In this document: piece after piece, positions 47,952 to 57,444 of the stretch
Layout of the letters: every line of letters starts with the position of its first letter
Numbering within the stretch: position 1 is the first letter of the stretch
Assembly: GCA_003513555.1 (NCBI GenBank)
Contig: DOPG01000032.1
Coordinates: 18,009-82,008, forward strand
DNA from: Rhodopirellula sp.
Lineage (GTDB): Bacteria > Planctomycetota > Planctomycetia > Pirellulales > Pirellulaceae
Direction of reading: 5' to 3'
DNA: 64,000 nucleotides
Notes under the pieces: generated by a model
Database searches by the model: none
Seen by the model: the letters and a program-made list of their open reading frames with translations, nothing else
Told to the model about the DNA's origin: nothing
Position numbers and translations under genes: made by a program

Positions 47952-48086
47952 TGTGGGGACGCAAGCACGTTTGAATCAACTGCGTCATGGCATTCGATAA
48001 TCATTGATGATTACGATGACCGCATTCTACTTTGCACTGAGGGAAAACGGATAAATCGTCATTCTCCATGCCACCATGTTGATCCC

Positions 48087-49148
48087 ATGACTTCTCCATC
48101 CAAGCCATCCAACCGTTTCCTTGAACTTAGCGAAGACGCCATGACGAAACCTGAAAATGCTCTTGGAAGAAGACAACTTCTCACCTACGCAGCCTTCGGT
48201 AGCGCTGCCTTGGCCGCCACGGGAACAGGAAAAACGTCGATGGCGGTTGATCCCAACCCGGTACGTCGAAAGTACAAGATGAAAAAGTCCATCAACTTGT
48301 GGGCTTTCCCCTACCCAGACAAGATGAGTCTGCGGCAATGCCTCGAATTAGCCAAAGATGCCGGATTCGATGGCATTGAACTGAACTATGACCTCGACAG
48401 TGAATTATCACCCAAGTCCGGGACAAAAGAATTTGTACAAATTCGAAAGATGGCAGAGGAAATTGGAATCGAGATCAGTGGTCTCTGCTCCTTCTTGTTC
48501 TGGCCGTATCCTCTCACCAGCAATGATCCAGCAGAACGCGATAAAGGTATGGAACTGGCAGCAAAAATGACCCAAGCTGCCCACGATCTTGGAACAGAAA
48601 ACTTGCTTGTAGTTCCCGGCGCGGTTCATATGCCGTGGCGAGAGGATCATGAGCCGACTCCCAATGATGTCTGTGACCAAAGAGCGCGTGAAGCAATCGG
48701 CCGACTCTTGCCCCTGGCCGAAAAACTCAAAGTCCATCTCAACATGGAAAACATCTTCTTTAACGGGTACCTGATGTCCCCTATGGAGATGGTGGACTTT
48801 GTTGATAGCTTTTCAAGCCAGTATGTTCAGGTGCATTTCGATACCGGGAACATCATGGAATACCAGTTTCCCGAACATTGGATCCCTATTCTTGGTAAAC
48901 GCATCAAGAATGTTCACCTCAAGGAATACACCAAAAACAGCACCGACCACTCACTAGAGGCGTTTCGCCCGCTGCTTGATGGAACCACCAACTGGCCCAT
49001 CGTGCTGCAGGCATTTAGTGACGTCGGCTATGACGGTTACCTCACCTTCGAGTACTTCCATCCCTACCAACACTTTCCCGAGGCACTCATCTATCAAACA
49101 GGTGATTCGCTGGATCGCATGCTTGGCATCAAACAGCCTACCGTTTGA
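48087..49148 (+). CDS. Tat-exported sugar phosphate isomerase/epimerase (xylose-isomerase-like TIM barrel)
   Basis: 353 aa. It has a GRRQLLTYAAFGSAALAATG twin-arginine leader, AKDAGFDGIEL, the metal-ligand-type blocks L.MEN... and VHFDTGN, and HLKE. Confidence 0.8.
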   Translation: MTSPSKPSNRFLELSEDAMTKPENALGRRQLLTYAAFGSAALAATGTGKTSMAVDPNPVRRKYKMKKSINLWAFPYPDKMSLRQCLELAKDAGFDGIELNYDLDSELSPKSGTKEFVQIRKMAEEIGIEISGLCSFLFWPYPLTSNDPAERDKGMELAAKMTQAAHDLGTENLLVVPGAVHMPWREDHEPTPNDVCDQRAREAIGRLLPLAEKLKVHLNMENIFFNGYLMSPMEMVDFVDSFSSQYVQVHFDTGNIMEYQFPEHWIPILGKRIKNVHLKEYTKNSTDHSLEAFRPLLDGTTNWPIVLQAFSDVGYDGYLTFEYFHPYQHFPEALIYQTGDSLDRMLGIKQPTV

Positions 49149-49250
49149 CCAAACTGAATGGTTCGGCAGTTTTGAATCTTGACTAAGAGGTTCGCTTTCT
49201 TACACTTCCGAACCAAGAAAGTTAACAGCAAGTCGACAAAACGTCCCAAG

Positions 49251-51227
49251 ATGGAATTTGAGGAAGAGGCATTGGACAAGCGGCAACGAATGGCAAGTGA
49301 CGGACCCACAGAAAACCCGCTCGACATCCTGCAGCAAAAATTTGGTCTCACAAGTTTTCGCTCCGGGCAAACGGCCGTCATCGAACGGTTGGTCCAGGGC
49401 AAGAATGTAGCCGCCGTTTTCCCGACAGGTGGTGGAAAAAGTCTTTGCTATCAGTTGCCGAGTCAAATGCTTGCGGGAACTACCGTCGTCGTCTCGCCCT
49501 TGATCGCCTTGATGAAGGATCAATGTGATGCTTTGGCTGCTCGAGGCGTCAGTGCTATCCGACTCGATTCATCAATGCCCGCCAAGCAATTCAGCACAGC
49601 AATGAAGGACATTCGCGAAGGGCGAACAAAACTTTTGTACGTCGCCCCCGAGCGATTTTTCAACGAACGTTTTTTGGCCATGGTGGGGTCATTGCATGTT
49701 TCGCTTTTTGCAGTGGATGAAGCTCATTGCATTAGTCAGTGGGGACACAACTTTCGCCCTGACTATTTGAAGCTGGCTGAACTGGCGAGAGAGTTATCCG
49801 CAGAACGGATTCTTGCTCTCACGGCGACAGCCACTCCCAGCGTGCTGACCGATATTCGGGAGGCCTTTGGCATTGCGGAAGACGACGCAATTCGCACCAG
49901 TTTTTTTCGTCCCAATCTGCATCTCAAGAGTACGGTCATTGATGCTAACGAGCAGTACCCCACACTGCTGTCGCGTCTGCGTGAACGCCCTCGTGGTTCG
50001 ACACTCATCTACGTCACCTTGCAACGAACGGCGGAAGAGATTGCCGAACGATTGACCGAAGATGGTCTTGAGGCAACCGCCTACCACGCTGGCATGAAGC
50101 CAGAGCAACGTGAACAAATCCAGCAGAATTTCATTACCTCTTCTGATGGCATTGTTGTTGCCACAATCGCTTTTGGAATGGGAATCGACAAATCTGACAT
50201 TCGATATGTGTATCACTTCAATCCGGCAAAATCACTTGAAGCTTATGCACAGGAAATTGGTCGAGCAGGTCGTGATAGTAAACAGGCGACTTGTGAAATT
50301 CTGTTGTCGGTTGCTGATCGTACTGTGCTTGAAAATTTTGCTTATGGAGACACACCGTCGAGGCATGGTGTCGGGCGATTGATTGATCTGATCAAAGATC
50401 AGCATGATCCGTTTCACATTTCCCACCACAAACTCTCTTATGAAACCGATATCCGAATTCTGGTGGTGCGAACCCTGCTGACTTATTTGGAACTGGCGGG
50501 GTACCTCAAAGCAACATCACCGCGGTATGACACCTACAAAATCAAGCCACTGGTCACATCACGTTTCATTCTGGATCACTACCAAGGTGAAGAACGTAAA
50601 TTTTGTGCCGGGGTGCTTTCTTCGCTTACCAAAGGACGCACCTGGTTCATGCTCAACACGGTTCTTACCGCACAAAAACTGGGCGTCGATCGCCAACGAG
50701 TGATACGCGCGATCGATGATATGAGTGAACAGAATTGGCTTGAAGTGAAAGTATCTGACCTCGTTCATGGATACCGCAAGCTCAAGAGTATTGATGATGC
50801 CAAGACCCTTGCTGACGAACTGCATGAACGCCTTGCTAAGCGCGAAACAAGTGAGGTCGAGCGATTGGACGAATTCTTCAATCTTGCGTTAGCGACTTCC
50901 TGTCAACCACAAAGCCTTTCGCAGCATTTTGGGGAATCGACTGAACCGTGTGGAGATTGCACTGCCTGTCTCGGTGAAGGACCTTGGACCATCCCGAAAC
51001 GAGGTTTTCGGTCGATTGGATCTTCCGCATTGAAACTGCTTGAAGAGGTATCAAGTGAGTTCCCTGACCGCTTTGTCCATCCTCGGGATCAGGCAAGATT
51101 CCTATGTGGGCTCACCTCGCCTGGTTTCACCCGTGCTCGATTATCTCAACACCCCAGCTTCGGGATTTGTGATCGAATACCGTTTTCTGACGTGCTTGAG
51201 CAGGTCGTTCGCCACTCCAATCGGTAA
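49251..51227 (+). CDS. recQ: RecQ-family ATP-dependent DNA helicase
   Basis: The ORF is open from 49179; the ATG at 49251 or 49290 is more likely. It has FGL.SFRSGQ, PTGGGKSLCYQLP, the DEAH box (AVDEAHCISQWGHNFRPDY), LTATAT, TIAFGMGIDK.DIR and QE.GRAGRD. The C-terminal ~300 aa have no obvious HRDC signature. Confidence 0.9.
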   Translation: MEFEEEALDKRQRMASDGPTENPLDILQQKFGLTSFRSGQTAVIERLVQGKNVAAVFPTGGGKSLCYQLPSQMLAGTTVVVSPLIALMKDQCDALAARGVSAIRLDSSMPAKQFSTAMKDIREGRTKLLYVAPERFFNERFLAMVGSLHVSLFAVDEAHCISQWGHNFRPDYLKLAELARELSAERILALTATATPSVLTDIREAFGIAEDDAIRTSFFRPNLHLKSTVIDANEQYPTLLSRLRERPRGSTLIYVTLQRTAEEIAERLTEDGLEATAYHAGMKPEQREQIQQNFITSSDGIVVATIAFGMGIDKSDIRYVYHFNPAKSLEAYAQEIGRAGRDSKQATCEILLSVADRTVLENFAYGDTPSRHGVGRLIDLIKDQHDPFHISHHKLSYETDIRILVVRTLLTYLELAGYLKATSPRYDTYKIKPLVTSRFILDHYQGEERKFCAGVLSSLTKGRTWFMLNTVLTAQKLGVDRQRVIRAIDDMSEQNWLEVKVSDLVHGYRKLKSIDDAKTLADELHERLAKRETSEVERLDEFFNLALATSCQPQSLSQHFGESTEPCGDCTACLGEGPWTIPKRGFRSIGSSALKLLEEVSSEFPDRFVHPRDQARFLCGLTSPGFTRARLSQHPSFGICDRIPFSDVLEQVVRHSNR

Positions 51228-51364
51228 ATTCCCTTTTCGCGTCTGAGGCAGGCCAATCGGCAGCATTTGACGCCTCAGAAATCAACCTTCGACGTTTTTG
51301 AAAAATCAGGCAGACGATCCTTTCACGAAATCGGTTCGTCGACTAAAACATGAGTCTACCTTTT

Positions 51365-51437
51365 GGGGGATTAGCTCAGTTGGGAGAGCGACGCGCTGGC
51401 AGCGCGTAGGTCATCGGTTCAAGTCCGTTATCCTCCA
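51365..51437 (+). tRNA. tRNA-Ala (anticodon GGC)
   Basis: A 73-nt cloverleaf folds by hand: acceptor GGGGGAT/ATCCTCC with the G3:U70 alanine identity pair, D arm GCTC-AGTTGGGA-GAGC, anticodon arm ACGCG-CTGGCAG-CGCGT, and T arm ATCGG-TTCAAGT-CCGTT (one T:T mismatch). The discriminator is A and CCA is not encoded. Confidence 0.88.
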
Positions 51438-51450
51438 CTCGAAGTCAAAA

Positions 51451-51486
51451 AGGCCTCTGATCGCTTGCGATCGGTGGCCTTTTTTT
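51451..51486. terminator. Intrinsic terminator, potentially bidirectional (shared by the tRNA-Ala gene and the convergent sulfatase operon)
   Basis: AGGCCTCTGATCG-cttg-CGATCGGTGGCCT forms a ~13-bp stem with one mismatch. It is followed by TTTTTT and preceded by AAAAA. It lies 13 nt after the tRNA 3' end and ~70 nt after the stop of the minus-strand sulfatase gene. Confidence 0.75.
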
Positions 51487-51555
51487 GTGGATTTTTACTC
51501 GGACAAACTTCGGCAAAGCGGTGGCTTTGCGATCCCAAACTCCATCGACACCCTA

Positions 51556-53577
51556 TTATTCCTCGACCAGTTCAATCTGGTGCCAGTAAGCTGCCTCAAA
51601 CGACCAGTCGCTGGCTCGGTTTTCCAATTCAAGGGTGATGCTTGTTCCGGCGTGCTTGGTCAGATCAAAGCTAAAGTCCTGCCATTTGGAATCTTCGATG
51701 GATTCTTTCAGAACTTCCTCACCATCAATCCGAACGACCAGCGTCCAATCTCCTTGGGCGTGATTATTGACTGCGAACCGAAGTGTACTTTTATTTCCTG
51801 CCGGAACTTTGATGCTGCGGGATAAAACACAGGGAACATCCTTGCTTTCAGGGTGTGTCAGCAGCACATTACTGCGGCCCAACGATTTTCTACGCAAACC
51901 CGGTCTCATCCCCGGTCCACCCCAGTTTTTTACCTTCCATCCCGAGGCGAACTTCTCAACATCAGCTGGCAGGAGGTTCCCGGCAGCGTTTGAAACCTTG
52001 TCAGGCTTGGCAACCCGCGCACCCGGCGCGGGTTTTGAAGTTGCTGTTTTCGGATAGGGCATCTTGGCGTCGACTTCCTCACGCCAGTCATGGAGCATTT
52101 TTTTAAGCCGCTGGGCAATCTCAGGTTGGGACTCCACCAAATCATGACGCTCACCAATATCATTTTCGAGGTCAAACAACTGTAACGTTCCGTTTTCATA
52201 GTACTCGAGCAACTTGTACCGACCGAGACGGACGGCACCTCCGGGACTTTGGAAACCATGGTTGCTGTAGTGTGGAAAGTGCCAGTAGATCGGTCCTCGA
52301 TCGTACTCTTGAGCTTTCAAAGCCGGGACGAAACTCCGACCATCCACGTGCTGGTCTGGCAGTGCCGGGAGGTCCAACATTTCGAGCAGTGTTGGATAGA
52401 AGTCTGTTCCCGTGACAATCGCCTGGGAGGTGGAATTGGATTTGATTTGTCCGGGCCAATGCACGATCAGGGGAACGCGAATCCCACCTTCATAATTCCA
52501 ACCTTTAGCACCACGCAGCGGCAGATTGGAGCTCGCGAAACGTGAATTCAACATCTCCCGTGGATGATCGATTCCACGATACTGATTCGAAGCTGCCATG
52601 CCTCCGTTGTCGGCAGTGAAGATAATGATCGTGTTTTCTTCCAGCCCCAATTCCTTGAGCTTCGCTCGAATTCGTCCCAGACTTTCATCTGTCGCCTCGA
52701 CCATCCCCGCAAACTCGACGTTATCCTGCTTTTGCTTGACCCACCAGACACGCTCATTCTGGTGTGTTGTACTATCATCAAGTTTTTCGAGATTTTTGAG
52801 TTGCTCACTCGACAGAGCCGGTCCGTCCGGGTTGGATTCCAGAATGTAATCAGGACCTTTCTGGGAAGGCATCGTCGCCAGCTTTTTTTGATACTTCTGG
52901 ACCAGATCTTTACGTCCCTGAATGGGATCGTGAACAGAAAAATGCTCCAAGTGCACAAAGAATGGTTTGGATTTATTTCTCTCGATGAAATCTATCGCTG
53001 CATCTGTCAGCTTATCGGTGTAATAGTCACCCGGCCTGGAAGCCAGTGTTTTCTCATAAGCAGGCGAAAACGGATGATAATAGGAACGGACCCAACCTGT
53101 GATCGCTTCATCGAATCCATAGGTCTTGGGATCTTTGCTCAGGTGAGCCTTACCGTAGTTGGCAGTGGCGTAACCATGCTCATGCAATGTCTCCGCCAGA
53201 GTCTGTTCCTCGTCGGGTAGTGCGGTAAGCTTTTCACCATGGTGCAGCTTTTCGTAGGATCTCTCAGGACGTCCTCCCAACCATTCCGTCAAATTGGTAC
53301 GGGCCGGATATTTCCCAGTCAAAATACTTGCCCGACTTGGCGAGCAGACATGACATGTCGAGTAGGCGTTTTCAAACAGAATGCCTTCTTTAGCAAGCTC
53401 ATCGATGAATGGCGTCTCATAAAACTGACTGCCATAGCACGCCACATCCCTCTGTCCAAGATCGTCCACAAGGAAGAAAACGACGTTTGGTGGTTGCTTC
53501 GCTTTTACCTCTCCACCAACCAGCATCAATAGCGTGAGAGCCAGCAAAAGCATCTTCCAGTGTCGCCTGTTTTTCAT
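51556..53577 (-). CDS. Sulfatase-family protein with a C-terminal ~160-aa beta-sandwich-like domain
   Basis: 673 aa. It has a signal peptide, PNVVFFLVDDLGQRD, and the FGly motif CSPSRASILTGKY. Its ATG overlaps the stop of the upstream sulfatase gene (ATGA). Confidence 0.9.
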   Translation of the reverse strand: MKNRRHWKMLLLALTLLMLVGGEVKAKQPPNVVFFLVDDLGQRDVACYGSQFYETPFIDELAKEGILFENAYSTCHVCSPSRASILTGKYPARTNLTEWLGGRPERSYEKLHHGEKLTALPDEEQTLAETLHEHGYATANYGKAHLSKDPKTYGFDEAITGWVRSYYHPFSPAYEKTLASRPGDYYTDKLTDAAIDFIERNKSKPFFVHLEHFSVHDPIQGRKDLVQKYQKKLATMPSQKGPDYILESNPDGPALSSEQLKNLEKLDDSTTHQNERVWWVKQKQDNVEFAGMVEATDESLGRIRAKLKELGLEENTIIIFTADNGGMAASNQYRGIDHPREMLNSRFASSNLPLRGAKGWNYEGGIRVPLIVHWPGQIKSNSTSQAIVTGTDFYPTLLEMLDLPALPDQHVDGRSFVPALKAQEYDRGPIYWHFPHYSNHGFQSPGGAVRLGRYKLLEYYENGTLQLFDLENDIGERHDLVESQPEIAQRLKKMLHDWREEVDAKMPYPKTATSKPAPGARVAKPDKVSNAAGNLLPADVEKFASGWKVKNWGGPGMRPGLRRKSLGRSNVLLTHPESKDVPCVLSRSIKVPAGNKSTLRFAVNNHAQGDWTLVVRIDGEEVLKESIEDSKWQDFSFDLTKHAGTSITLELENRASDWSFEAAYWHQIELVEE

Positions 53578-54989
53578 CGCTTATTTCTCTTTGGCAGATG
53601 GGTCTTCAATTCAAGGATTGTAGCTTGGTATTGTGGGTGTGAGGCCAGATTTTTCCACTCGTCAGGATCACGGGCGTGGTCATACAATTCTTCTCCGCCA
53701 TCTCGATAGCGGATGTATCGCCAACGAGGTGTCTGAATCGCGTGATTGTTGAATCCAAAGGTCGTCACGACGGGATGATCCCATGTTTGCCCAGGATTTT
53801 TCAAAAGGCTTTGCAGGCTGCGACCATCCAGTTCATCACGCGGAGGCAAGCCGCAGAGATCGATCAGCGTGGGGTAAATATCGATCAGGCTCACGGGGCG
53901 TTCACAAACTTGATCTTCCGCTACGCCAGCGGTTGTTTCGGACCCAAATGGCCCTGCAAAGATGAGCGGAGTTCGCGTTGAAACATTCCACAGCGCATGT
54001 TTTCTCCAATGCTCCTTCTCACCGAGATGCCATCCGTGATCTCCCCACAGTACGATGATTGTGTTGTTCGCATGCGGACTGTCATTCAAGGCATTCAGGA
54101 CGCGCCCAATCTGGGCATCAACAAAGCTAATCGTCGCTAAATACGCCTGAACAGCAGTGTGCCACTGCCCGTTCGAAACGACATTGGCATGATCTCCCCC
54201 AGGTGTCGCAAAGTTCTTTTCGCCGGAAGGATCGTAGACCTCGCGGGCAAGCCGTTTTCCAAACTCCGGAACATCTGCCAGATCGCCAACCACACTGGGA
54301 GGAAGTGCGATACTCTCAAGTGGATACAGATCAAAATACTTGCGGGGAACGACCCACGGCAAATGAGGCTTTGTGAATCCGCACGCCAGAAAGAAAGGTT
54401 CGCTACTTGGCTTGTCCAATTCTGATACTGCCCAAGTGGCTACCTTGCCATCGAACATCTCTTCATCTTTCAGGTCGACTTTTCCCCAAGGCGTCCAAGC
54501 GTTCTTAGGTAGACGCATATCACGTTGCCGACCAGCACCGCCTTTCGTTCGTCCCGGAACAAAATAATCGTCCCAAGATTCCTGATCATAGGGATTTGTC
54601 CCATGGAATATCTTCCCACTCCCGCGCACGACATAACCTGATGCACGAAAGTGTTGCATCAGCGTGATCGCCTCCGGAAGTTTGGCGCGCAACTTCTCAC
54701 CATTCCCATAAACACCCGAGTTTGCTGGAGCAATTCCTGTCAGCAAACTGATACGAGAAGGATTGCACAAGGGTGCCGCACAGTGCGCGTTCCCAAAGGA
54801 AACACCACGCTTGGCAAGACGATCAATATTTGGCGTCTTTGCTTGCGGATTGCCATCCAAATGGCCGACCCAATCACGCAAGTCATCCACAGCGATGAAC
54901 AGCACATTAGGTGATTCATTCGCGAATAGGGACTGGGAACACAGACCAGCGGTCAGCCACAACACAAGCGTTTTAGCAATACTTTTCAT
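53574..54989 (-). CDS. Sulfatase-family protein
   Basis: The ORF is open to a TTG at 55022. The ATG at 54989 gives a signal peptide (MKSIAKTLVLWLTAGLCSQSLFA). It has PNVLFIAVDDLRDW and the FGly motif CNPSRISLLTG. Confidence 0.9.
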   Translation of the reverse strand: MKSIAKTLVLWLTAGLCSQSLFANESPNVLFIAVDDLRDWVGHLDGNPQAKTPNIDRLAKRGVSFGNAHCAAPLCNPSRISLLTGIAPANSGVYGNGEKLRAKLPEAITLMQHFRASGYVVRGSGKIFHGTNPYDQESWDDYFVPGRTKGGAGRQRDMRLPKNAWTPWGKVDLKDEEMFDGKVATWAVSELDKPSSEPFFLACGFTKPHLPWVVPRKYFDLYPLESIALPPSVVGDLADVPEFGKRLAREVYDPSGEKNFATPGGDHANVVSNGQWHTAVQAYLATISFVDAQIGRVLNALNDSPHANNTIIVLWGDHGWHLGEKEHWRKHALWNVSTRTPLIFAGPFGSETTAGVAEDQVCERPVSLIDIYPTLIDLCGLPPRDELDGRSLQSLLKNPGQTWDHPVVTTFGFNNHAIQTPRWRYIRYRDGGEELYDHARDPDEWKNLASHPQYQATILELKTHLPKRNKR

Positions 54990-55018
54990 TGAGGTTCCAT
55001 GGCAGGGTAAGGTACGGA

Positions 55019-57409
55019 TCAAGGTGAAAGCAAACGCAACTCAACCTGAGCCGAACTGCCATCCTCAAAACGAAAACCCCTGTAATCAGGAAATCTGGAA
55101 TCGACAGCATCAGATCCTTCCTCGGGTTGCCTTGTCGCAGCAACGACCTGCTTCCCCTCGGACCACGCTTCGATCGTGATCCCTAAAGGACAGTCAGTGA
55201 CGCGCACCGTCTTGGTTATCGCGGCTCCGCTTTGGGACCTCTCGAAACGTATCGTGGGCCAATGCTTCTGGAACTGTTGCGGATTCTTGCGTGATGGCAA
55301 TTCCAAAGGTAAACGAAACTCCATCCAATCCCAACCCGGTGGCATCGTGTCGCGTACCATCAATCGATCCTCAGGAAGAGAATATTCCAACCCAGCTAAC
55401 CCCTCAATGAAAAGGAGGATTTTACCTGCATTGAAATTGGAATACTGATCACCAAATAGTCCTAACGAGCGAGTGTAAGCTTCTGGTGCGACAGGCAACT
55501 TCCACTCAGGATGAAAGTTATATTTTTCAAGATGATTCAATGTGAGTCGCCAGGCAGGATCACCCAATCCCTGCCGGAACATCCCATCCAAGGTAAAATA
55601 GGCCGTGTCCGGCGTATACCCAAAAGAGTGATCAACAGGCGTGTCAAATTTTTTCATCGCCCGACCGGACATCGCGCTTGGAAAAATCGCACCCTGAAAA
55701 CCGTCTTCGGAATTCAGCGCCCACGAGGTTACCATCTTCTTTGCTAAGTCTCTTGGAAAGTATTTTGAACGAAGATGCCACAAGCCGGTCGTCATCAGCA
55801 TTCCGTTCTTGGGACCCGCGAAAAAATTCCGGTGCCCATTCGCTTCCCAGCGCTGTTCGAAATAGTTTTCCAAGTCCTTGGGAGAACTACGGACCAACTG
55901 CTGCCAATGAGAAATGTCTTCTTCCTGCCCTACCAGACGAGCCATTTCACACAAAACTTCGCTAACCCTGAAATGGTTACCAAAGAAAGACGGAATACCA
56001 TCCCAGAACACTTCGCGAAAATATCCCTGATAGCATTCGCGAATAAATCCAATATCGCCGCTATGTTGGTAAATCTGCCACGCGCCAAGTACATGTTCGG
56101 AATGTTCAACACCATACACACCCGAATGCCAAGTTGTCCCTTTGTTATCAGCGAATGCAACAATACCATTCGGTGACTTGCGATAGTTCCCACTCGCAAA
56201 CAGGTGCTTCCAAGTCAGTACATTGCCATAGGCATACTTCTTCTTGTTGCCAGTCCAAGACCCAACCTTGATTTGAAAAGTCGCATCATATCGATGCATA
56301 CCAAGAAAGTTATTGACCGCAGTCTGAGTGTGCGACTCCATCTCCCAGCCACGCTGTACGTCGATGTAGTACATCAGATAAAGCGACCAGAGGTAATAAT
56401 AAATTTCCTCAAACTTATTCTCTGAACAACGAAACCATGGAATCTGCTGATTGAGCTGACGATTCATGTCCCGAGTTTTTTCCGTCTTCCAACTGCTGGG
56501 AGCCTTCACAACTTCTGTAGCCCGCCTGCTCGCCACCTCATATTCATCATGCATGGACCAGACGAGCGTTACTCCCGCCTGATCGCATTTGAGATCAAAC
56601 GAATATTTTTTTTCACCGTAAGGACCATCAGTGAATTCATGCACATCATCCAGTCTTTGGGAGGCTGTCAAAACCGTACTCATCCCTTGATACATGATAG
56701 GAGCAGACTTCTCTGAGCGATTCGTTTCCGGCATGCACTTGGTGGTGCCACCCTCAGTAATATGAATTGCATTTCGCGATGCATCAAAATTGATCGACGC
56801 CGTACTGGTCAAACTGTGCCGACCAAAATAACTCTGCCCGGCAATTCGCAGCGTCACAGGTTTCGATGATGTGATCACAGAACAGGCAACGTCATTACCG
56901 GCAATGAACTTCTCCTCATGCAATCGAATGCCATCCAACTCATACTCACAGACCATGCGATCTGGGCGCCAATGCATTCGGTCAGGCACCGGATGACGAT
57001 AAGTCTTATCACCCACGAGGACTGTGCCGTACATCACCCGCGTGTCTTTATAAAATTCCCAACCCGAGAAATCATTTCCGAGTCCGGTATCGTCTTGATT
57101 ACTGCCGCTGCTATCAGCGAGACCGACCCCACGGCTCCGAAGGTCATGAAAAAAAGGGTGAGTCAGACCGAGCGTTTCATGCTCACGAAGATTCCAACTG
57201 GCATGAAAGCCACCCACATAATAGGTCAGATTGCCCGCCAGAAATCCGTGTTTCTTACCCTGGATTTCCTGCTGCAACCGATCGCAATAATCAACAGCCT
57301 TCGGTTCAGCAGCAAAGGCTTCCGTCATCGTGATCAGCATCACTAATGAACAGGCGGTGATCCACGTACGAGACAGAGCAAGATTCGTGCTGCTGAAAAA
57401 CAAATTCAA
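55019..57409 (-). CDS. Secreted 796-aa protein of unknown function; possibly an (alpha/alpha)6-toroid glycoside-hydrolase-like enzyme
   Basis: This is a long ORF with a signal peptide (MNLFFSS...MTEAFAAEP). The central ~350 aa are W/Y/F-rich with a helical-repeat character (EEIYYYLWSLYLMYY, LGAWQIYQHSGD, HWQQLV...LENYFEQRWE, DTAYFTLDGMFRQGLGD, GKILLFIEGLAG), flanked by beta-rich regions. It is embedded between the DUF1501 and sulfatase genes. Confidence refers to the CDS; the functional guess is about 0.35. Confidence 0.75.
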   Translation of the reverse strand: MNLFFSSTNLALSRTWITACSLVMLITMTEAFAAEPKAVDYCDRLQQEIQGKKHGFLAGNLTYYVGGFHASWNLREHETLGLTHPFFHDLRSRGVGLADSSGSNQDDTGLGNDFSGWEFYKDTRVMYGTVLVGDKTYRHPVPDRMHWRPDRMVCEYELDGIRLHEEKFIAGNDVACSVITSSKPVTLRIAGQSYFGRHSLTSTASINFDASRNAIHITEGGTTKCMPETNRSEKSAPIMYQGMSTVLTASQRLDDVHEFTDGPYGEKKYSFDLKCDQAGVTLVWSMHDEYEVASRRATEVVKAPSSWKTEKTRDMNRQLNQQIPWFRCSENKFEEIYYYLWSLYLMYYIDVQRGWEMESHTQTAVNNFLGMHRYDATFQIKVGSWTGNKKKYAYGNVLTWKHLFASGNYRKSPNGIVAFADNKGTTWHSGVYGVEHSEHVLGAWQIYQHSGDIGFIRECYQGYFREVFWDGIPSFFGNHFRVSEVLCEMARLVGQEEDISHWQQLVRSSPKDLENYFEQRWEANGHRNFFAGPKNGMLMTTGLWHLRSKYFPRDLAKKMVTSWALNSEDGFQGAIFPSAMSGRAMKKFDTPVDHSFGYTPDTAYFTLDGMFRQGLGDPAWRLTLNHLEKYNFHPEWKLPVAPEAYTRSLGLFGDQYSNFNAGKILLFIEGLAGLEYSLPEDRLMVRDTMPPGWDWMEFRLPLELPSRKNPQQFQKHWPTIRFERSQSGAAITKTVRVTDCPLGITIEAWSEGKQVVAATRQPEEGSDAVDSRFPDYRGFRFEDGSSAQVELRLLSP

Positions 57410-57444
57410 ACCTCATTCGTGACGTATCAAAAATGAACGACCAC

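Noticed and set aside
51242-51279. Hairpin TCTGAGGC-n22-GCCTCAGA after recQ as a terminator
   Set aside because: The stem is only 8 bp with a 22-nt loop and no U-tract, which is too weak to call.
51298-51825. 175-aa ORF spanning the tRNA-Ala gene and its terminator
   Set aside because: It reads straight through a well-folded tRNA and a hairpin terminator, then runs antisense into the sulfatase gene. It is an artefact.
52564-53220. 218-aa plus-strand ORF antisense to the sulfatase gene. Similar long antisense ORFs occur at 35944..36477, 55775..56176, 57832..58335 and 60980..61501.
   Set aside because: All overlap strongly supported minus-strand genes and show no domain signatures. They are shadow ORFs.
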